A DNA stretch of 64,000 bases, from contig CATFLP010000104.1 of the NCBI GenBank assembly GCA_949514915.1, positions 2,480-66,479 on the forward strand, read 5' to 3'. Numbering within the stretch: position 1 is the first letter of the stretch; every line of letters begins with the position of its first letter. A program made the translations under genes and the position numbers. The stretch comes from Methanobacteriota archaeon. Its GTDB lineage: Archaea > Thermoplasmatota > Poseidoniia > Poseidoniales > Poseidoniaceae. The notes beneath the pieces were generated by a model, which was not told the DNA's origin, searched no databases, and was given only the letters and a program-made list of their open reading frames with translations. Positions 21,882-31,500 of the stretch are shown piece by piece.

Positions 21882-22574
21882 ATGAAACGAAAACCATTAT
21901 TTCCATTTGTTTTTCCTTTATGTGATTCTAAAGGTAATTTTTTACGCACCAATGCTCTAATTAAATCTAGAGGTTTTTCATTTTCTTATTTATTAATAGT
22001 TATGTTAATTTGGTATTTTTTGGGTTTTGGACATTGGGGTGGTCGTGTTTGTGAATCATTTATTCAACAATTATCTTGTTCTAGTGCAATATGGCCTAAC
22101 AAACTTTTTTCTAAACCTCATGAATATATATTCTCTTTTTTTACTTCTCCATTTTTTCATAATGATCCACCACATTTAAAATTGGTCATTTATGGTTTTT
22201 TAATATTCGCTCAATCTTTTGAAGCAAGATCAAGTCCAAAAAGTGCAATGCTACTTTTTTTCCTATCAATAACATTTACTTGTCTTTTAATTGGTTTAAT
22301 AATGAACATCGGTCATTATTTAGATCCTGATTCTGCTCTTTTTAATGGGGCTTTAGATCGTAGTTTTATGGGAGGATCTGTAGGAATGTTTGGACTTCTT
22401 GGAGGCTTGTCACATTATTCAAGGAAAAAATGGTTAATTCCATCTATTGTAGTTATGTTTGAAATTTGGAATAGATATTTTAATGGAATGAATATTTACA
22501 TAACTATGGGTCATTTAACAAGTTTCTTTTTTGGATTTATTCTATGGAGTTATTGGTTGAAATATGAAAATTAA
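21882..22574 (+). CDS. Rhomboid-like intramembrane serine protease
   Basis: Multi-TM protein with TSPFFHNDPPHL, MGGSVG (GxS) and a downstream TM His (MGHL). Confidence 0.7.
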   Translation: MKRKPLFPFVFPLCDSKGNFLRTNALIKSRGFSFSYLLIVMLIWYFLGFGHWGGRVCESFIQQLSCSSAIWPNKLFSKPHEYIFSFFTSPFFHNDPPHLKLVIYGFLIFAQSFEARSSPKSAMLLFFLSITFTCLLIGLIMNIGHYLDPDSALFNGALDRSFMGGSVGMFGLLGGLSHYSRKKWLIPSIVVMFEIWNRYFNGMNIYITMGHLTSFFFGFILWSYWLKYEN

Positions 22575-23197
22575 TTGTTAATTTTTCTACCTAATGAATT
22601 TATATTATTGATTAATGCTTTTTCAATTTTATTTCTATTTGTAATGTGATTATTTGCAGCTAGTGAGGAAGTAATTCCCGCTTCTAAACCACATCCTTCT
22701 AATGATTCAACTCTTTTCTCAGGTGTATCATAATTAATTGATAAGCCATGTCTAGAAACCCATTTTAAAAAAGAAAGGCCTATGCTTGCAACCTTTTTTC
22801 CATTTACCCAGACTCCTCTCATGCGTTCATCTCTAACTCCAATAATGCCTAAATCTGAAAAAGATGTAATAATCCATTCTTCTAACTTTGAAATTATTAC
22901 TTTTGTATTCACTTCATCATCTAAATCCCATTTAATTATTGGATATACGACTAATTGGCCAGGTCCATGCCATGTTAAACCCCCTCCACGATCAACAAAC
23001 TTTCTTGGATAATCTTCAGGAGGGAGTATATTTTCCTTTTTTGCTTTAGGTCCTATGGTTACAATTTCAGGATGTTCAACAAAAATTAAAGTATCATTTA
23101 TTTCATCATTGATTCTCATTTTTTGCATTTCTTTCATTATCAAATCTACTTTTTCATGATCCTCACACGAAAATTGTATGAGTTCCACATTTCGCAT
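22571..23197 (-). CDS. lipB: Octanoyltransferase (lipoate-protein ligase B)
   Basis: VEHPEIVTIG, DRGGGLTWHGPGQLVVYP, KVASIG, HGLSIN. Confidence 0.93.
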   Translation of the reverse strand: MRNVELIQFSCEDHEKVDLIMKEMQKMRINDEINDTLIFVEHPEIVTIGPKAKKENILPPEDYPRKFVDRGGGLTWHGPGQLVVYPIIKWDLDDEVNTKVIISKLEEWIITSFSDLGIIGVRDERMRGVWVNGKKVASIGLSFLKWVSRHGLSINYDTPEKRVESLEGCGLEAGITSSLAANNHITNRNKIEKALINNINSLGRKINN

Positions 23198-23206
23198 ACT
23201 TTAGCC

Positions 23207-24640
23207 TCATGAAATATGAATTGCATGTCCTAAAGTTGCTAGAATTGCTTCATGGAATGATTCAGTCATTGTTGGGTGTGCGTGAATAGTCCCTGCAACG
23301 TCTTCTAATAGCGCACCCATTTCAAGTGCTAGAGAGAATTCTCCTGATAATTCACTGATGGAACTACCAACTGCTTGAATTCCAAGAATCTGATGATTAT
23401 CTTCTCTAGCAAGAACTCTAACGAAGCCTCCTGATTTCTCTGCTTCCATTGTGAGTGCTCTTCCGTTTGCGGCTAGAGGGAATTTTCCTGTTAGTAATTT
23501 GGTTTCTAATTCTGTGCAGTATTTGTTCGCTTCATCCGGAGACATACCTACAGAAACAATTTCTGGTTCTGTAAATACTATGGCTGGAACTGAAACTGGG
23601 TCATACTCTCTAATTTCTCCTGCTATAATTTCAGCAACCATTTCACCTTGAGTTGAAGCAACATGGGCTAACATTTCTCCACTATCTGCAACATCTCCAA
23701 TAGCCCAAACATTTCGCATATTTGTTGCACATTTATTATCTACAATAACAAAACCTTGTTCGTTCATTTTAACTCCCATTTTTTCAATTCCAGAATCTTT
23801 AGATCTAGGCTTTCTTCCAACAGTAACTAAGATTTTATCAGCATCTAATGATTTTTGGGCACCTTTAGAGTCAGTATAATTAATTTTAATGCCATTTGAG
23901 GTTTTTTCCACTCCTTTAGCACGAGATTTTGTATGTACTGTAATCTTGTTTTTCTTCAAGTATAATTCAACAGGCCTTCTTAATTCTTTATCAAATATTG
24001 GTAAAACACTATCCATGGCTTCAATTATTGTGACTTCTGCACCTAGTAATCTGTAGGCAATGCCTAATTCAAGTCCAATATATCCTCCTCCAACAACAAC
24101 TAAATGTTTCGGTAAATCATTTAATTCTAAAGCATCTCTACTTGAAATTACATTTTCATCAAATGGCATAAATGGTAATTCTATTGGTATTGATCCATTA
24201 GCCAAAATTACATGTTCAGCTTCAATTCTTACTTCACCTTCAGAATTTGTAACAATACATGTCTTTGCATCTATAAATTTAGCCCATCCAGAGATTAGTT
24301 TAACTTTTGCAGCCTTTAATAGCCCTTCAACTCCTTTGTTTAATTTATTTACAATCTCTTCTTTCCAAGAAATTAGATTAGCTAAATTAAGTTCTGCGGG
24401 AGAAGGTAGTGTGATTCCCATATGCCCTTCTTTTGTGCTATGTTTGGAAAGTGAATGGAATTTATGAGCAGCATGGATGATGGCTTTTGAGGGTATACAC
24501 CCTCTGATTAAGCATGTCCCCCCTGCTTTTTCACCTTCTACAATAATAGTGTCCATTCCTAATTGTCCAGATCTTATTGCTGCGACATACCCTCCTGGGC
24601 CAGCACCAATTACCAGAACTTTACATCTCTTTGTTTCCAT
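23207..24640 (-). CDS. lpdA: Dihydrolipoamide dehydrogenase (E3)
   Basis: GAGPGGYVAA, GGTCLIRGCIPSK redox disulfide, HAHPTMTE. Confidence 0.97.
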   Translation of the reverse strand: METKRCKVLVIGAGPGGYVAAIRSGQLGMDTIIVEGEKAGGTCLIRGCIPSKAIIHAAHKFHSLSKHSTKEGHMGITLPSPAELNLANLISWKEEIVNKLNKGVEGLLKAAKVKLISGWAKFIDAKTCIVTNSEGEVRIEAEHVILANGSIPIELPFMPFDENVISSRDALELNDLPKHLVVVGGGYIGLELGIAYRLLGAEVTIIEAMDSVLPIFDKELRRPVELYLKKNKITVHTKSRAKGVEKTSNGIKINYTDSKGAQKSLDADKILVTVGRKPRSKDSGIEKMGVKMNEQGFVIVDNKCATNMRNVWAIGDVADSGEMLAHVASTQGEMVAEIIAGEIREYDPVSVPAIVFTEPEIVSVGMSPDEANKYCTELETKLLTGKFPLAANGRALTMEAEKSGGFVRVLAREDNHQILGIQAVGSSISELSGEFSLALEMGALLEDVAGTIHAHPTMTESFHEAILATLGHAIHIS

Positions 24641-24651
24641 GATGATTCCCC

Positions 24652-25890
24652 TCACATGAAAATTGTAGCTGGATGTTCTAGTAATTTCTTAAGAGTTTGA
24701 ATTAACATAGCTCCATCCCAACCATCTATGACTCTATGGTCCCAACTAGAACTTAATCGCATTATTTTTCTCACTTCAATTCTACCATCAATAACAACAG
24801 GTTCGTCTTTAGCATTATGTACTCCTAATATACCAACTTCTGGATGATTAATTATTGGTGTTGCTCCTAAACCTCCCATTCTGCCTAAACTTGTAATTGT
24901 AAATGTAGAACCTTGTAAATCTTTAATGCTTGCAGTACCATCTCTTGAAGCCTTTGAAACTCTCATCATTTCACTAGCAGATTCCCATATGTCTTGTGCT
25001 TCTACATTTTTAACTACTGGAACAAATAATCCTTTGTCTGTTTGGGTTGCAATACCTAAATTTATTGCTTCATATTGTAGAATTTTTTCTTCTTCATCTA
25101 AATAATGAGCATTACATTTTGGGTGCTCAGATAATGCTTTTACGAGTGCTTGCATTATGAAAGGTAAATATGTTAATTTTGGTTGTCCTTCTTTTCTATT
25201 ATTGTTTAGATGAACTCTTAATTCTTCAAGGTTCGTTACATCAACTTCTTCGAAATATGAAAAATGAGCTATTGTAGAATATGATTTACTCATTTGCTCC
25301 GCAATTTTCCTTCTTAATCCAATTACAGGTACTTCTTTTACACCAGATAATGCTGTCCTTTTTACTCCTGCAGCGGCAACTGGAGACCCTGCTTCTTTCC
25401 ATGAATCAAGATCTGTATGTGTAATTCTTCCACCAGGGCCACTTCCACTTACTTCGTTTAAGTTGATTCCAACTTCTCTTGCTTTTTTACGAACGGCAGG
25501 GCTTGCCATTACTCTTTCACCTTTTTTTCTTACTTGAGGTGTGGCTTTAGTTGTCTTTTCCACTACTTTTTCTACTATCTTTTCCTCTTTAATTTCTTGA
25601 GTTATAGTTTCTTCTTCAGTAACTTCCACTACTTCTTCTGTTGAGCCACCTTCTCCTTCAAAAACAATACATACTTGTCCAACTTTAAGCATCTCACCTG
25701 CTTTTCCTTGGATTGATTTGATAATTCCATCAGTTGGGCTTGGAATTGTAACTGTTGCTTTATCAGTCATAACATCTAATATGGGATCATCTTCTTTTAC
25801 AGAATCACCTACTTTTACGTGCCAAGAAACAATTTCTCCTTCTACGACACCTTCTCCTATATCTGGTAACCTAAATTCAATTTTCCCCAT
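24652..25890 (-). CDS. bkdB: 2-oxoacid dehydrogenase E2 dihydrolipoyl acyltransferase
   Basis: Lipoyl domain (MTDKA), peripheral subunit-binding domain (ASPAVRKKA) and catalytic DHRVIDG. Confidence 0.93.
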   Translation of the reverse strand: MGKIEFRLPDIGEGVVEGEIVSWHVKVGDSVKEDDPILDVMTDKATVTIPSPTDGIIKSIQGKAGEMLKVGQVCIVFEGEGGSTEEVVEVTEEETITQEIKEEKIVEKVVEKTTKATPQVRKKGERVMASPAVRKKAREVGINLNEVSGSGPGGRITHTDLDSWKEAGSPVAAAGVKRTALSGVKEVPVIGLRRKIAEQMSKSYSTIAHFSYFEEVDVTNLEELRVHLNNNRKEGQPKLTYLPFIMQALVKALSEHPKCNAHYLDEEEKILQYEAINLGIATQTDKGLFVPVVKNVEAQDIWESASEMMRVSKASRDGTASIKDLQGSTFTITSLGRMGGLGATPIINHPEVGILGVHNAKDEPVVIDGRIEVRKIMRLSSSWDHRVIDGWDGAMLIQTLKKLLEHPATIFM

Positions 25891-25893
25891 GTT

Positions 25894-26904
25894 TCATTCC
25901 TCTATAGTATTCTTTATTGCTGTTGCTATCCTTTCAGGACTTGGTAAGTAATCCCATTCAGTAGAATGCGGGAACGGTGTATCCCATCCTGTAACTCTAG
26001 TGATTGGCGATTCTAGTGAATAGAAACATCTTTCTTGAATTGAGGCTGAGATTTCTGCTCCAAAGCCACTAGTTTTTGGTGCTTCATGAACTATGACGCA
26101 TCTGCCTGTTTTTTGAATGGAATTAACAATAGTGTCTTTATCAAATGGAATTAGTGTTTGTAAATCTATTAATTCACAAGAAATTCCACTTTCTTTGATA
26201 CCTTTTTCGGCCACATGTACCATAGCACCCCATGCTATTACTGTACATTCAGAGCCTTCTTGTACAATGTCCGCTTTACCTAGTTCAATTTTATAATAAT
26301 CTTCGGGCACTTCAGATTTTGGATGTCCTGCCCATGTAGGTACATTATGTGGATCTCCATAAAATGGTCCTCTGTAACACCTTTTTGGCTCAAAGAATAT
26401 TACGGGATCATTAGATTCTATTGCAGCCGTTAGTAATCCTTTGGCATTATTTGGATTTGAACAATATACTACTTTTATTCCTGGTGTATGTGTAAATTGT
26501 GCTTCAGGAGATTGAGAGTGGTGATTTCCACCTTTAATTCCACCACCTGCTGGAGTTCTAAATGTTATTGGGGTCGAAAATTCACCGCCACTTCTATATC
26601 TGATTTTAGAGATTTCATTTACTATTTGATCATATGCAGGGAAGATATAATCCGCAAATTGGATTTCTACAACTGGCCTAAGTCCATTTATTCCCATTCC
26701 AAATGCAGTTGCAGCAATACCTCCTTCTGCTAAAGGTGAATCAAAAACACGATGTTTCCCATACTTTTGTTGTAATGTATCAGTTACTCTAAAAACCCCG
26801 CCAAAGAAACCAACATCTTCTCCAAATATTACCACACTATCATCATTTTTTAATTGAATGTCTAAAGCAGAATTAAGTGCTTGAATCATATTCATTTCTA
26901 CCAT
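25894..26904 (-). CDS. bkdA2: Branched-chain 2-oxoacid dehydrogenase E1 beta
   Basis: FGEDVGFFGGVFR, EIQFADY, HHSQSPEA. Confidence 0.93.
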   Translation of the reverse strand: MVEMNMIQALNSALDIQLKNDDSVVIFGEDVGFFGGVFRVTDTLQQKYGKHRVFDSPLAEGGIAATAFGMGINGLRPVVEIQFADYIFPAYDQIVNEISKIRYRSGGEFSTPITFRTPAGGGIKGGNHHSQSPEAQFTHTPGIKVVYCSNPNNAKGLLTAAIESNDPVIFFEPKRCYRGPFYGDPHNVPTWAGHPKSEVPEDYYKIELGKADIVQEGSECTVIAWGAMVHVAEKGIKESGISCELIDLQTLIPFDKDTIVNSIQKTGRCVIVHEAPKTSGFGAEISASIQERCFYSLESPITRVTGWDTPFPHSTEWDYLPSPERIATAIKNTIEE

Positions 26905-26908
26905 AAAA

Positions 26909-28150
26909 TCACTTTCCTAATTCCTCTCTTTGTTCTTGTATATGCCATGGTATTTCTTCATAGACATCACTAAAAATTGTAGATGCAGGAGGGAATGGTC
27001 CATTGGCTAAATCACCATATTTTACTGCTTCTTTATAGGCAGCCATGACTTCAGAATCTATTTTTTCAGTTAGTTCTTTATCTCTTTTTTCATCCCATTC
27101 TCCAATTTTAATTAAATGCATTTTTAGACGTTCAACAGGATCTCCACCTGGCCAAAATTCAGCTTCATCACCTGGTCTATATCTTGATGGGTCATCAGAG
27201 GAACTATGTGCGCCAGCCCTATACGTGTATATCTCAATATGTGTTGGTCCTAATCCTGCTCTACATCTTTCTGCTGCCCATTTTGTTATTGAATAAAGTG
27301 CTAAGAAATCATTTCCATCTACTCTAAAGCAAGGGATGTCATAAGAAAGACCTCTTGATGCAAAATTAACACCTCCAGTAGCCAAGTTGCTATGTGTTGA
27401 AATTGCCCATTGATTATTTACAACATTTAATATTACTGGAGGTTTGAATGCACTAGCAAAATTAAGGCCATAATGGTAATCTCCTTGAGCACTAGTTCCA
27501 TCTCCCAGCCAAGTGATTGTTACTTCATCTGTGCCTTTGTAAGCACTTGCCATGGCGACACCAACAGCTTGACTAAATTGAGTTCCTACAGGGCTAGAAA
27601 TGGAAATAAATCGCCCTTCTTTATATGTATAATGAACTGGCATTTGTCTTCCTTTAACATTATCTAATTCATTTCCAATACAATGACAAATCATCGAAAC
27701 CATATCTCTGCCTCTAACAAATTGAGCACCTGGTTGTCTATATGATGGAAAAATCCAATCTTGTTCTTCTAAAGCCATTGTTTGAGCGATTGCAATTGCT
27801 TCTTCTCCAAGGGACCTCATGTAAAAGGAAAGTTTCCCAGTCCTTTGCATCTTCATCATTCTATCGTCAAAGATTCTTAACTTCATCATATATTCTAAAC
27901 CCTTTCTAAGTATGTCAGGATCTAACTTTGGATCCCATTCTCCTTTAGCTTCATTAGAATCATTTAGAACACGTAATAATCCATATGCATGTTTTTCTGT
28001 ATCTTTACTTGTACATTTGAGTGGATCTAATTTTTTCAAATCTTCAGGCTGGAAATCCCAACTTGAGAAAGTTGGTTTCTCACCAGGTCTAGCAGGAGGA
28101 GTTCCTACCCGGAAAGGAGTGGATTTGTTTGCCTTGTCTTCATCACTCAT
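26909..28150 (-). CDS. bkdA1: Branched-chain 2-oxoacid dehydrogenase E1 alpha
   Basis: KGRQMPVHY, GDG...NNQWAIS TPP-binding motif, HSSSDDPSRYR; resembles the Pseudomonas-type BkdA1. Confidence 0.93.
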   Translation of the reverse strand: MSDEDKANKSTPFRVGTPPARPGEKPTFSSWDFQPEDLKKLDPLKCTSKDTEKHAYGLLRVLNDSNEAKGEWDPKLDPDILRKGLEYMMKLRIFDDRMMKMQRTGKLSFYMRSLGEEAIAIAQTMALEEQDWIFPSYRQPGAQFVRGRDMVSMICHCIGNELDNVKGRQMPVHYTYKEGRFISISSPVGTQFSQAVGVAMASAYKGTDEVTITWLGDGTSAQGDYHYGLNFASAFKPPVILNVVNNQWAISTHSNLATGGVNFASRGLSYDIPCFRVDGNDFLALYSITKWAAERCRAGLGPTHIEIYTYRAGAHSSSDDPSRYRPGDEAEFWPGGDPVERLKMHLIKIGEWDEKRDKELTEKIDSEVMAAYKEAVKYGDLANGPFPPASTIFSDVYEEIPWHIQEQREELGK

Positions 28151-28184
28151 AATAGTCCCTCTTCACTTCTCTCTTTGATTGTTT

Positions 28185-29123
28185 CTAATTTTTGGTTATA
28201 TTTCTATAAAGAATCCCTGCACGATATGATGAACGTACTAAGGGTCCACAAGCTGTACCTAGGAATCCCATGTCCTTAGCCAAAATGTCCCATTCTTTGA
28301 ATTTTTCAGGATTGGGGAATCTATCTACAGGCAATAATTTTTTATTCGGCTGAAGATATTGACCTATTGTTATGATGTCACAATTAACTTCTCTCAATAA
28401 TTTCATAGCCTCAATAATTTCATCATCTGTTTCTCCAAGTCCTACCATTATGCTGCTTTTTGTAATTATGTCTGGCCTTAATTCCTTAGCCCAGCGTAAA
28501 ACATTTAGAGATTGATTAAATGATGCTCTTTGATCTCTAACAATGGAATCTAATCTTGGTACACATTCTACATTATGTGCAAATACATCTAGTTCTAGAT
28601 TTTCTAATAATGACGATAGTGCTTTTTTATCTCCTGCTAAATCACTACAAAGTAATTCAAGTGATGTATCAGGGCAAACTTCTCTTACTTTTTCAATGCA
28701 TTTTCTATAATGCATTGCTCCACTATCACTTAAATCATCTCTATTTACTACAGTAATTACAGCATGTTCTAAGTTCATATTTTTAACCGCAAGAGCAAGA
28801 TTTAGTGGTTCATCTTCATCTAATGGAGGCGGAGTTTTAATTGACCCTACAGCACAAAATCTACATCCTCTTGTACATTCTTGGCCAGCAATCATAAATG
28901 TCGCAGTACCTCTGCCCCAACATTCATGGATGTTAGGACATTTTGCTTCAACGCAAACAGTGTTTAGAGTATTTTCATTAATAGTAGATTTTATTTTGTT
29001 GAATGCGTTTAATGCTTTTCCTGTAGGTAATGATACTCTAAACCATTCAGGCAATCTGGTTTTTACCTTTTTCTTGGTTGATGAATCCGCATCTTGCAAT
29101 ACAGGTAGACGTTGTCCAGCCAT
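28185..29123 (-). CDS. lipA: Lipoyl synthase
   Basis: CVEAKCPNIHEC, radical-SAM CTRGCRFC and C-terminal RSSY. Confidence 0.97.
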   Translation of the reverse strand: MAGQRLPVLQDADSSTKKKVKTRLPEWFRVSLPTGKALNAFNKIKSTINENTLNTVCVEAKCPNIHECWGRGTATFMIAGQECTRGCRFCAVGSIKTPPPLDEDEPLNLALAVKNMNLEHAVITVVNRDDLSDSGAMHYRKCIEKVREVCPDTSLELLCSDLAGDKKALSSLLENLELDVFAHNVECVPRLDSIVRDQRASFNQSLNVLRWAKELRPDIITKSSIMVGLGETDDEIIEAMKLLREVNCDIITIGQYLQPNKKLLPVDRFPNPEKFKEWDILAKDMGFLGTACGPLVRSSYRAGILYRNITKN

Positions 29124-29220
29124 CCTACTCAGTAGACCCTATATCCTAAGTCTCAAAAGTGTTTGTTTTTTGAATTTTTAAAATCAAGAACCTTCAAACG
29201 TATTAAGGATAGGCAATAGC

Positions 29221-29979
29221 ATGGGCCGAAGAGATATCGACTCAACAATACTAGGGAATAAAATTGCTTTAGTTACAGGTTCTGCAAAGAGACTTGGTGC
29301 AGCAATTGCAATACACTTTGCAAAAAATGGGTATGATATTCTTGTTCATTATAACACTTCAAAAAAAGAAGCAGAGGGAGTGCTTTCTATTATTAGTGAA
29401 ATGGGTAGAAATGCGACATTAATTAAAGCGGATTTAACTACTGAATTAGATCTATTTATTGATGAAGTGAAGAATACAGATTTAGTTAAAAAAAGAGGTG
29501 GTCTTGATGTACTTGTAAATTCTGCTTCTAAATATGAAAAAATTGAATTTTCATTAGTTTCCCAAGAAAAATGGGATTCTATGCACGATATAAATTCAAA
29601 GGCCCCATATTTTATAATTCAAGGATTATTAAACGAATTAAAAATGGTTAATGGTTGTGTAATTAATATGGTTGATACGTCATATAATCGCCCTTGGGAG
29701 AATTATAGTAATTATTGTGCTAGTAAAGCATCTTTGTATAATTTAACAATGAGTCTTTCATATGAATTAGCTCCTGAAGTAAGGGTAAATGGTATTGCAC
29801 CAGGTGCGATTATGTTTCCAGATTGGCTTGATGAAAAAGATAGACAAGAGATATTGAATCAAATACCTATGAAAAGAGAAGGAACGGTTGAAGAAATTTC
29901 AGAAACTGCTTTATTTTTAGCAAATGGTCCAAATTATGTCACAGGACAAATTATTGGTGTAGATGGTGGATTAAAATAA
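29221..29979 (+). CDS. Pteridine reductase-like SDR (FolM/PTR1 type)
   Basis: TGSAKRLG, HYNTS, YCASK and APEVRVNGIAPG. Confidence 0.85.
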   Translation: MGRRDIDSTILGNKIALVTGSAKRLGAAIAIHFAKNGYDILVHYNTSKKEAEGVLSIISEMGRNATLIKADLTTELDLFIDEVKNTDLVKKRGGLDVLVNSASKYEKIEFSLVSQEKWDSMHDINSKAPYFIIQGLLNELKMVNGCVINMVDTSYNRPWENYSNYCASKASLYNLTMSLSYELAPEVRVNGIAPGAIMFPDWLDEKDRQEILNQIPMKREGTVEEISETALFLANGPNYVTGQIIGVDGGLK

Positions 29980-30044
29980 TAAATCCAGTGAAAAAACGAA
30001 AATAAAAAGTGCATAATCATATATCTCTTGTTGCTCGGCTTTTC

Positions 30045-31220
30045 ATGGGATGGCTTCAATCCACAGCAATAGACCTCTCTGATTCTTCGGTAAAGGGTAG
30101 TTTTTCTGCCAAGTCTTGCATTTCTAGTGAAATGGAATTAACTGCAGATGATTCTGGTTTACATTTTAAATTAGGAGTGGCTGAAAAGAGTTTTGAAAAA
30201 GGTACGATAAAGGCATTAAGAACAATACGTGAAAGTAATAATTTACCTGCTTTATGGACATTGCAATTGAAATTAGATAATGATGAATGGGTCGATATTT
30301 TAGAAAGTTATGACGAAAATTCATTGTTGGATATGATGAATGGAATTGCTTCCAAATTGTTACTTCCTCTAAAAGAACATACAGGCCGTTTAGTAAGAAG
30401 AGATGAGCATGGCATGGGAGTAATTGAACAATTAGCTAGATTTCCTGATCGTTGGCCAAGACCTGAAAGATTACCATCAATACAATTTGGATTTAGAAAA
30501 GGAGTAAACAGTGTATACACTACAATACCAACACGCTCTACACAATCAGCATTAGCATTTTTTTGGATTTCATTATTGTTTTCCTTTGGTGTTGGAATTT
30601 CGATGTGGTATTTGAGGACTATTGGTGATAAAGATTACAATCAATTAATTTGGATCTTTTTATTCCCCATACTCACGATTGCTTATTGGTTGGTCTTTAA
30701 TTCAAATACTGGACAATTAGAATCAAGACATAAATTGAATATTTCTGCAACGAATATTTCATTACAGGCCAAATTTTTAGGAATTATTCCTTTAAAATCT
30801 AAAATTTGGGATTTAGATGATTTCGTAGATATAGACGCTGACGAGGATGGAAGACTAACTTTGTTTATTGGAAATCGTAGATATTCTATGAAAATGCATA
30901 GAAGAGAAGCAGAATGGTTCGTCGGAGAGGTTGCAACACAGATGGAGCAATTAATGGTAGATCGAATTAATGAAGCCAGAGAATCAATGAATTTAGAATT
31001 AAAAGAGGCATTTAAGAAATTTGATGCTAATAATGATGGCAATTTATCTACTGAAGAATTAGAAGCAGCTATTGAAGAATTTGGAATTGGACTTTCTAAA
31101 TTACAAATGAAGGTATTAATGAGAGATATTGATAAAGATTCAGATGGAAAGATAGATTATAATGAATTTGTAGATCGCTTTTCTTCACTCAGTTCGACTG
31201 ATGTCTCAGAAGAAGAATAA
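30045..31220 (+). CDS. Two-TM membrane protein with a C-terminal EF-hand pair
   Basis: Two TM helices followed by canonical EF loops DANNDGNLSTEE and DKDSDGKIDYNE. The start may be GTG 30009 or ATG 30045. Confidence 0.8.
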   Translation: MGWLQSTAIDLSDSSVKGSFSAKSCISSEMELTADDSGLHFKLGVAEKSFEKGTIKALRTIRESNNLPALWTLQLKLDNDEWVDILESYDENSLLDMMNGIASKLLLPLKEHTGRLVRRDEHGMGVIEQLARFPDRWPRPERLPSIQFGFRKGVNSVYTTIPTRSTQSALAFFWISLLFSFGVGISMWYLRTIGDKDYNQLIWIFLFPILTIAYWLVFNSNTGQLESRHKLNISATNISLQAKFLGIIPLKSKIWDLDDFVDIDADEDGRLTLFIGNRRYSMKMHRREAEWFVGEVATQMEQLMVDRINEARESMNLELKEAFKKFDANNDGNLSTEELEAAIEEFGIGLSKLQMKVLMRDIDKDSDGKIDYNEFVDRFSSLSSTDVSEEE

Positions 31221-31296
31221 ATGCGGGGGATGGAGCCCCAGCAGAATAAGTGAGATTGTTGGAATTTAGAACAAATTAGGACTTTTTTATGTTTCA

Positions 31297-31378
31297 TGCT
31301 GGGGGTGGGATTTGAACCCACGAAGGCTTCGCCACCGGATCTTAAGTCCGGCCCCTTTGACCACTCGGGTACCCCAGC
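31297..31378 (-). tRNA. tRNA-Leu (anticodon UAA), intronless, no encoded CCA
   Basis: Reverse complement GCTGGGGTACCCGAGTGGTCAAAGGGGCCGGACTTAAGATCCGGTGGCGAAGCCTTCGTGGGTTCAAATCCCACCCCCAGCA folds as a cloverleaf with a long variable arm and a GGTTCAAATCC T-loop. Confidence 0.97.
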
Positions 31379-31500
31379 GGCCCTCCGAAACCGAACTAGT
31401 TTTTCAACGAGTAGGATAATATGGCTAAAATTAACTACTTATGTACATAAGACGGCAAACCGTTTAATGCTCTACTCGTACGGTTACTTGTTAACGGGTA

